Virus record (IMG/VR): IMGVR_UViG_3300038393_001732
Span: 1-30,912 of that record
Length of the DNA stretch: 30,912 nt
Source: a virus
Lineage: Duplodnaviria > Caudoviricetes
Direction: 5' to 3' (one strand)
Made by a program: the position numbers and the translations under genes. The stretch's first letter is position 1. Each line of letters begins with the position of its first letter. This document shows positions 24,658-30,912 of this stretch, one piece after another. The notes beneath the pieces are model-generated. The model was not told the DNA's origin, did not search any database, and saw nothing but the letters and a program-made list of their open reading frames with translations.

Positions 24658-25592
24658 CCGCTGGTATCTCGGCGGCCGCCACCGTGGCCGGCGGAGTTAT
24701 CGCGGCGAACGCGACCAAGAGCGCGACGAAGACCGCCACTCAGGCCGCAACCTATGCCACCGATCAGAACAACGCGCTGGCGCGCGACATCTACGGTCAG
24801 AACAAGGAGATGCTCGGCGGCTATGCCAGCCGTGGCGATGCGGCGGGCAACGCGATCAACGCCCTGCTGCGCATCGGCAAGCCGCAACTGAGCGGCGGCG
24901 GTCCCGCCATCGCGCAGTTTCCCCAGCCCGCCAACACCAACGCCCCGGCTCCTGCGAATACCAATGCAGGCGCGTATTACGGCGGCGGGACGATCGCATA
25001 TGGCGGCAACGAGATGGGCGGGGTTCCGGGTGGCGGCACGGCATGGACCCTAGGCGGGCAAGAGGCGGGCGCGCAGTTGCCGACCGGGCAGGTTCAGCAA
25101 GTCACCGGTGCAACCCCGGACCCCTCGGCTGATCCATACGAGGCGGCCTTCGCGAACTACCGCGACAGCACAGGCTATAATTTCCGCCTTGGCGAGGGCT
25201 ACAAGGCGCTCAACTCTGGCTATGCTGCCAATGGGTTGCTGCGGTCCGGGGCGGCGGCGAAGGCGGCGCTCAAGCTCGGGCAGGACTATGGTTCGGGCGA
25301 GTTCAGCAACTATCTCGCGCAGCTCGCTCAGCAGCAAGGCGTCGGCCTGAGCGGCGCGAGCGCACTGGCAGGCGTCGGCACCAACTATGTCGCGAACGCG
25401 ACCGCGAACAACAACGCGCTGGCCAGCGTCCAAGCCAATGCCGCGCTCGCCAGGGGACAGGCTAACAGCTCGATCTACGGTTCGGCGGCCAACGCGCTCG
25501 GGCAACTCGGTGGCGCATTCGTGTCGTCATACAAGCCGCCGGCTGCCGCTGCTCCGAAATCCACAAACATCCTCTGGGGGAAGGTAGGCTGA
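24639..25592 (+). CDS. DNA ejection/transfer protein (P22 gp7-like)
   Basis: Hydrophobic Ala/Gly N-terminus; STGYNFRL.EG, AA.GLL.SGAA.KA...GQ.Y.S.EF.NY motifs; GGAG RBS. Confidence 0.8.
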   Translation: MPVPIIAAGISAAATVAGGVIAANATKSATKTATQAATYATDQNNALARDIYGQNKEMLGGYASRGDAAGNAINALLRIGKPQLSGGGPAIAQFPQPANTNAPAPANTNAGAYYGGGTIAYGGNEMGGVPGGGTAWTLGGQEAGAQLPTGQVQQVTGATPDPSADPYEAAFANYRDSTGYNFRLGEGYKALNSGYAANGLLRSGAAAKAALKLGQDYGSGEFSNYLAQLAQQQGVGLSGASALAGVGTNYVANATANNNALASVQANAALARGQANSSIYGSAANALGQLGGAFVSSYKPPAAAAPKSTNILWGKVG

Positions 25593-26851
25593 TGCCCTTC
25601 GACATCAATTGGGACCTGACGCACCCCGTCGATATCGGCGGGCAAGCCGTGGCCGGATTCGATCGCGGGCAGGCGATTCGTGCTCAGTATGACACGCGCC
25701 GCGCGCTCTCCGATTTTCAGGCCAACCCTGACTCCTCGCGGCTCAATTCGCTGATGGCGCTGAACCCCGAACTGGCGATGCAGGCGGGTCGCTTCCAGCA
25801 GCAGCGCGACGAAGCCGCGCGCGCGGCGAGGTTCCGCGCGGCTCATTCGCGCTATGTGCTGGCCGGGGAGGCCGCGCAGGGCGCGCCTCGGGCCTCCCCG
25901 CTTGCCCCGCCCGTCCTGCAACCCGGCCCCGCGCAGCCGCTCGCGCCGCCGGGCTCACCGGTCAACATGATGGTCCCCGATGGGCTGGACATGCCCACGG
26001 CCCCACCCGGTGCCGCACCGTCGGCGCCAAGCGGCGGCCCTGCCGAAATTCCTGGGCTTGCCGAACAGACTGCCGCATTCCGCGAAATGGCGCTGGCCGA
26101 TCCGGTGGCCGCCGAACAGGCGCGCCATGTCGCCTATGCCAACGTCGCCGACCACCTGAAGAGCGCCGACGATGCCTATGACTGGGCAATCGCGCGGCTC
26201 GCCAACGTCACCGACGAAGCAAGCTATCAGACGGTGCTGAGCGAGGCGCACCAGCGGTTCGCGCCCCTCGGCGTTGATCTCGGTGCGATGGTGCCGCCGC
26301 ACTACCCCGGCCCCGAAGGGACGCAGCAATTGCTGATGTCGGCGTTGGGTGCGAAGGAGCAGCTCGGCGTGATGAACCAGCAAGTCCGGCTCGCTTGGGA
26401 CATTCAGGACGATAAGCTCGACAATGTTCGCGCCGACCGCGAAGCTGCCAGCCGCGAAACCGATCGCACCGAGCGCCGCAAGATCACGATGCGCGGGCAG
26501 GACAAGGCGGATGCGCGAGCCCGCGAGCGCGCTGCGCGCGTCGGGCAGCGCCAGCCCCCCGCCGCCACGCCCTCGCGTGTCGTTGGCCGGATCATGGACA
26601 AATATGCCCGTGGCGAGGCGCTGACGCCGCAGGAACAAGAGATTCTCGACAATGGGACGACCACGGGCCGGCGGCGCCAGCCTATCGGTCGCGACGGTGG
26701 GGGCGGCGTGACCGCACCCCAGCCCCGAGCCGGGCCGGGCGCAAGCAAGGCCAATCCGGTGCGCGTCACCAGTCCCGTAGAGGCCGAGAAATTGCCGTCG
26801 GGCACCTGGTACACGGCCCCCGGCCTCGCTACGCCGCTTAGGAGATACTAG
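25592..26851 (+). CDS. DNA ejection protein (gp20-like position)
   Basis: TGATG coupling; Gln/Ala/Pro-rich, ITMRGQD motif, C-terminal P.V.S..EA.KLPSGTWY.AP. Confidence 0.65.
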   Translation: MPFDINWDLTHPVDIGGQAVAGFDRGQAIRAQYDTRRALSDFQANPDSSRLNSLMALNPELAMQAGRFQQQRDEAARAARFRAAHSRYVLAGEAAQGAPRASPLAPPVLQPGPAQPLAPPGSPVNMMVPDGLDMPTAPPGAAPSAPSGGPAEIPGLAEQTAAFREMALADPVAAEQARHVAYANVADHLKSADDAYDWAIARLANVTDEASYQTVLSEAHQRFAPLGVDLGAMVPPHYPGPEGTQQLLMSALGAKEQLGVMNQQVRLAWDIQDDKLDNVRADREAASRETDRTERRKITMRGQDKADARARERAARVGQRQPPAATPSRVVGRIMDKYARGEALTPQEQEILDNGTTTGRRRQPIGRDGGGGVTAPQPRAGPGASKANPVRVTSPVEAEKLPSGTWYTAPGLATPLRRY

Positions 26852-29800
26852 GTGGCGGAACAGGACGCCGCCAACTCCTACCTCGCGCTCGGGGAACCCG
26901 ACCCCGATGGCGATAAGGCGAACCCGTATCTGGCGCTGGGCTCCCCCGATGGCGGGAGAAAGCCGCGCCCGAAGCGCGCGAAGACTGCTGGCGTTCAGCC
27001 CGAAAAAAAGCAGGCGGCAACCGTTCGCGGCTCGCTTGAGCCCACCGGGGAGGCGCATGACGGAGACACATATCGCACCCGAGGCGGTCCGAATGCGCGG
27101 CTGTTCGGCGTGGATGCTTTCGAGCTGGATCAGACCGGACGCAGGGCCGATGGCGCTGCCTATCCGCTCGGCGAGACCGCGCGAAACGCCTTCCTCCCGC
27201 TAGCCCAACCGGGTGCGACCGCTGCGCAGACTGGCGGCGCCTCCTATGGCCGTCCCGTCGTCACGCTCGACAATGGCGGGCGAGATGCTGGTCGCGAAAT
27301 GGTGCGCTCGGGTTACGCGCTGCCGGAACCGAATTTCCTGGCCGCAATGCCCGATCGGCTGCGCGACTATGTCGGGGCGCAGCGCGACGCGATTGCCGGT
27401 GAGCGCGGCGCCTATAGCGGGCAATATCAGGATCCCCGCGCCTTTCGCGATGCGGGCGACGCCGCGCCATGGACGGGCAAGATCGAGATGCCGCCGGCTG
27501 ATCGCGCCGAATGGCTCGCGATGGTGCGCGACCCGAAGACGACGGAGGCCGATGTCACGGCCTGGCTGCGCGCGCGCAATCACTCGGCGGACAATGTCGG
27601 CAATCTGCTCGACCTGTTCCGGCGCAATCATCAAGCGCAGCCGCGGCCCTATTTCCAGCAGAACGACGCGCTTGGTAAGCCAGTCGCCCCCGCGCAGCCG
27701 TTCTGGACGCGGCAAGGTGCCGCACTGTCTGAGGGCGTCGTCGATGTCGCCGGCATCCCTGGGGAAGGTGCCAAGGTCGGCGCGTTCGGCATTCCTGGCA
27801 TGGCCGCATCGTCGCTGTTGAGCAACGTCCACACCGAATACGGAAAGGACGCGCAGGGCCGCGACGCGATCATCTTCCGCTGGCAGAAGCCGCGGCAGCC
27901 GAGCGGGCCGCTCCCCGAGCTGAGCGTCAAGGCGCGGCCCGCCGTCGGCAAGATGGCGCCGGATGAGGTCGGAGCCTTCGCCGACGATTCGAACCGGCCC
28001 AAGACCGGCATTCGCGCCACAGCCGAGCAATCCGCTGCAATCGAGCAAGCGCTTCGCGCTGGCGATCTTCAACTCGTGATGGCCCGGGCCCGCGAGTTCG
28101 GTATCCCCATCGATCCGGAGAGCGCGGCGCAGACGATCGCGGCGCTCAAGCGGCACCCCGGCGCCCCGTTCCCCAGCGGCGGTCCGCTCAACTACAGCCA
28201 ATCCGACAATTTCGCTGAGACCGCCCATGGGGAGGCTGAAGCTGCCAATCAGGCCCCGCTCGGCGCCGAGGCGCTGCGCAGCTTCGCCCACACGGCCTTG
28301 AAAGCCGGACAGCTCGACGACAGCTACGCGCCTCAGAGCGACGCCGAGCGCTATTTGCAGGCTGTCGAGCGCACCTTGCCGAGCGCAGTTATCCCCGTCG
28401 CCGGTGAAGCCGCCATGGGCGCCAAGCTGACGCGCTCGCTACTCGCGATGAACGCGGGCGGGACCGTGGGCGCGGGCGTAGGCGGGCAGCTCGCGGCAGA
28501 CTACGCGCCGGGCAATCAGCTCTTGTCGCTGGCCGCGCAATTCGCGGGGGGCGGGCTTGGTGTCGTGGGCGCTCGGCGCCTGACGCGGCCCGGAGCGCGC
28601 GCTGTGGAGGTTCCAGGCGCTGGCGAGGTCCCGCCCGCATCGCAGGCCATGGCACCGGAGCCTGCTCCCGCCGATGCGCCTCCCGGAACTGCGGCGGCAC
28701 CGGCTGCGGCGGCTAGGCCCGCTGTCAGCGTGCAGCGCATCGACGGCCCGACGCTGCGCGCGAAAGCGGAGCAAAACGGCGAAGTCGATATGGGCCGCGC
28801 TGGAGATACGCTCCGTCAGGAAGCGGATGACGCGCTTGCCCGCGGTGATAGCGTCACCTTGCACATTGAAGGGAAGGAAGTTCCGATTACGGGCCCTGGG
28901 CTGACCGACGCGACCGGGCAGCGATGGGGGGCAATGCCGATCCTGGCGGACGAAAGTGGGGCGAACCGACTGGAAATCTCGGGGCGTCAGCCACGGGTCG
29001 CGGAGATGGCCGCTGAAACGGACACGCCCACGCTCGAAGGCCCGAGCGTGCCGCCTGAGCCGCGCCAGCCCGACGTGATCGATGTCAACAACCGTCCCAC
29101 GCCGCTGCTCGACCCTGCGACGGATATGCAGCGCCGCGCCGCTGCCGCGCGCGTAATCCCCGAAGACCTATTGCCGATCCCTGCCGGGGAGGTGGCAGGC
29201 ATGGACGAGGCGGCCGCGATCGACAAGGGACGATATCCCGCGGTCAAGGCGATCGACGAAAACAAGGTGCTGCATTCGCGGGGCTTCGCCGATCCCAAGG
29301 ACGGCACCCGCACGGTTCGGACGCTCGGCCCGGTCGATCTGGTGCAATGGATTCGTACACAGGGCGGGATCAAGCCTCAGGACAGCTCGCTAGCGCGCAT
29401 GGGTATCGACAACACCCCGCGCACCGGAATGGACTTCACGGGCAACGAAGGGCGCCTCGGCAAGCTGGTCGACCCGGAACACGGCATGTCCTATGACGAG
29501 GCGGCGATGCGGGCGCATGAGGCGGGGTATTTCCCTGACCATGTCGATCCGCCGACGATCTCCGAATTTCTCGACGCCCTCGGCGCAACGCATAGCGGCG
29601 GGAACCGGTCGTTCCTGCCCGAGGACTACCCCGAGATTGATGCGTTCAACGCGGCTCGGGCGCAGCGTATGGCGGTAGCCGGGGCCGATCAGGAAGGCGC
29701 GCCTCTGCATGAGGATCGCGGCCAGCCGGTCACGCTGGCGGATGTGGAGGCCAATGCGGCCCCGCCTCGCGCATATGAGGAATGGGGCGAGAACGCCCCG

Positions 29801-30912
29801 GACTTCGCGGGGAACATCCGGCTCGCCAAGCTCGACAGCCCTCAGAATATCAAGCGCGCGCTGGTGCAGATTGAGCGCACCCATGACGGTTTCGATGCAG
29901 CGCGTCGGGGGAGGATCACACACGCCGAAACCGCGATGCTTGCCGACGATCTCGGCATGACGCCGCAACAGCTACTTGCCCGCCGCAAGGGGCAGGCGCT
30001 CAATGCAGAGGAAGCTTTGGCTGCGCGGCAAATCCTCGCGAAGTCGGGCAACGAGCTGGTCAACATGGCTCGCCGGCTGTCGAAGAAGATCGACGCGGGA
30101 GACGCCTCCGATGCGGATATGGTCGATTTCCGATCAGCGGTCGTTCGGCACGCGGCCATTCAGGAGCAGGTTGCGGGCGCGACCGCCGAGGCGGGCCGGG
30201 CGCTGTCGCAATTCCGAATGACGGCGAGCAGCCGCGCCGTGCGGGGCGACGTGCTGAAGAGCCTGATCGAGAACGCTGGTGGGCCGGAAGGCGTCAAGCG
30301 CGCGACCGATATCATTATCGACAACGCGAGCAACCCGAAGGCTCTGAACCGCACCGCCAAGTTGCTGGCGAAGCCCGGCATCAAGGACAAGCTTCTCGCC
30401 CTCTGGTACTTCAACCTGTTGTCGGGGCCGCGGACGCATATCGTCAACATGACGAGCAACGCGCTGACTGCGCTGGGCCAGGTACCGGAGAATTTCACGG
30501 CGGCCGCGCTCGGCGGCGCTCGCCAAGGCATCGCCGGCCTGAGGGGCAAGGCGGGCGAGCTGGATCGCATGGCGTTCTCTGAAGCTGGCGGGCGCATCAC
30601 GGGCATGATCATCGGGGCCCGCGATGGTCTTCGCGAAGCGCGCAGGATTATCGGGGGTGCCGAGCCTGCTGATCCACTGACGAAGGTAGAGGCCTCACGC
30701 CTGCCTGCGTTCAACGGGGTATTCGGCAAGATCGTGGATATGCCGTCGCGGGCGCTCAACGCGGAGGATGCCTTTTTCAAGGGCATTGCGATGCGACAGG
30801 AAGTCGTCGGCCTGGCGATGCGCAAGGCGCGCATGGAAGGCCTGAAAGGCGACGCGGCGCGGGCGCGGGTGGACGAGCTGGTCGCGAACCCGGACGAGGA
30901 TATGCTCAGGCG
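26852..30912 (+). CDS. Large internal virion/ejection protein (3'-truncated, >1350 aa) with N-terminal SNase-like nuclease domain
   Basis: AGGAGA RBS at 26840-26845, GTG at 26852 right after the upstream TAG; the same frame gives sensible protein at the window end (ELVANPDEDMLR) and no terminated ORF is listed for it; HDGDT, RLFGVDAFE and SYGR motifs near the N-terminus. Confidence 0.85.
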   Translation, partial: MAEQDAANSYLALGEPDPDGDKANPYLALGSPDGGRKPRPKRAKTAGVQPEKKQAATVRGSLEPTGEAHDGDTYRTRGGPNARLFGVDAFELDQTGRRADGAAYPLGETARNAFLPLAQPGATAAQTGGASYGRPVVTLDNGGRDAGREMVRSGYALPEPNFLAAMPDRLRDYVGAQRDAIAGERGAYSGQYQDPRAFRDAGDAAPWTGKIEMPPADRAEWLAMVRDPKTTEADVTAWLRARNHSADNVGNLLDLFRRNHQAQPRPYFQQNDALGKPVAPAQPFWTRQGAALSEGVVDVAGIPGEGAKVGAFGIPGMAASSLLSNVHTEYGKDAQGRDAIIFRWQKPRQPSGPLPELSVKARPAVGKMAPDEVGAFADDSNRPKTGIRATAEQSAAIEQALRAGDLQLVMARAREFGIPIDPESAAQTIAALKRHPGAPFPSGGPLNYSQSDNFAETAHGEAEAANQAPLGAEALRSFAHTALKAGQLDDSYAPQSDAERYLQAVERTLPSAVIPVAGEAAMGAKLTRSLLAMNAGGTVGAGVGGQLAADYAPGNQLLSLAAQFAGGGLGVVGARRLTRPGARAVEVPGAGEVPPASQAMAPEPAPADAPPGTAAAPAAAARPAVSVQRIDGPTLRAKAEQNGEVDMGRAGDTLRQEADDALARGDSVTLHIEGKEVPITGPGLTDATGQRWGAMPILADESGANRLEISGRQPRVAEMAAETDTPTLEGPSVPPEPRQPDVIDVNNRPTPLLDPATDMQRRAAAARVIPEDLLPIPAGEVAGMDEAAAIDKGRYPAVKAIDENKVLHSRGFADPKDGTRTVRTLGPVDLVQWIRTQGGIKPQDSSLARMGIDNTPRTGMDFTGNEGRLGKLVDPEHGMSYDEAAMRAHEAGYFPDHVDPPTISEFLDALGATHSGGNRSFLPEDYPEIDAFNAARAQRMAVAGADQEGAPLHEDRGQPVTLADVEANAAPPRAYEEWGENAPDFAGNIRLAKLDSPQNIKRALVQIERTHDGFDAARRGRITHAETAMLADDLGMTPQQLLARRKGQALNAEEALAARQILAKSGNELVNMARRLSKKIDAGDASDADMVDFRSAVVRHAAIQEQVAGATAEAGRALSQFRMTASSRAVRGDVLKSLIENAGGPEGVKRATDIIIDNASNPKALNRTAKLLAKPGIKDKLLALWYFNLLSGPRTHIVNMTSNALTALGQVPENFTAAALGGARQGIAGLRGKAGELDRMAFSEAGGRITGMIIGARDGLREARRIIGGAEPADPLTKVEASRLPAFNGVFGKIVDMPSRALNAEDAFFKGIAMRQEVVGLAMRKARMEGLKGDAARARVDELVANPDEDMLR

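Larger units (their letters stand above)
1..30912. mobile_element. Temperate P22-like-morphology phage (excised/circular form or tandem prophage junction)
   Basis: All recognisable genes are phage-type; no host housekeeping genes are present. Confidence 0.9.

Noticed and set aside
26907-30834. Many short-to-medium track ORFs in the last 4 kb
   Set aside because: All overlap the single unterminated frame starting at 26852 and have Arg/Pro-rich off-frame composition.
1-30912. Diversity-generating retroelement, retron or known defence system
   Set aside because: No reverse transcriptase motifs, no TR/VR-like repeat pair and no recognisable defence domains were seen in this window.

Overview
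GC-rich, Sphingomonadales-like (inferred) temperate phage DNA with a P22-like (short-tailed) morphogenesis region. From left to right: the end of a probable lysis cassette (1-758); a candidate structured RNA and two convergent terminators; an accessory region of small unknown genes with a three-operator divergent switch (1037-3747); and the 3' half of tRNA-Tyr(GTA) flanked on both sides by TGTACG repeats, which looks like attP (4222-4505). Then come mosaic debris and a GGGGCA iteron-like array (5292-5555), a tyrosine integrase with Arc-like and MerR-like regulators and a divergent Xis-like gene, and a compact replication module (DUF1376-like initiator, SF2 helicase, Zn-ribbon/TOPRIM primase). 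A NusG-family antiterminator and three probable fibre/spike genes precede terS, terL, portal, scaffold, major capsid, head completion, tail hub/needle, a GNAT-like protein and three DNA-ejection proteins. The last of these (26852 to beyond the window end, >1350 aa, absent from the ORF track) carries an N-terminal staphylococcal-nuclease-like domain. No CI/Cro pair is visible. All calls come from motif recognition and synteny only; no searches were run.
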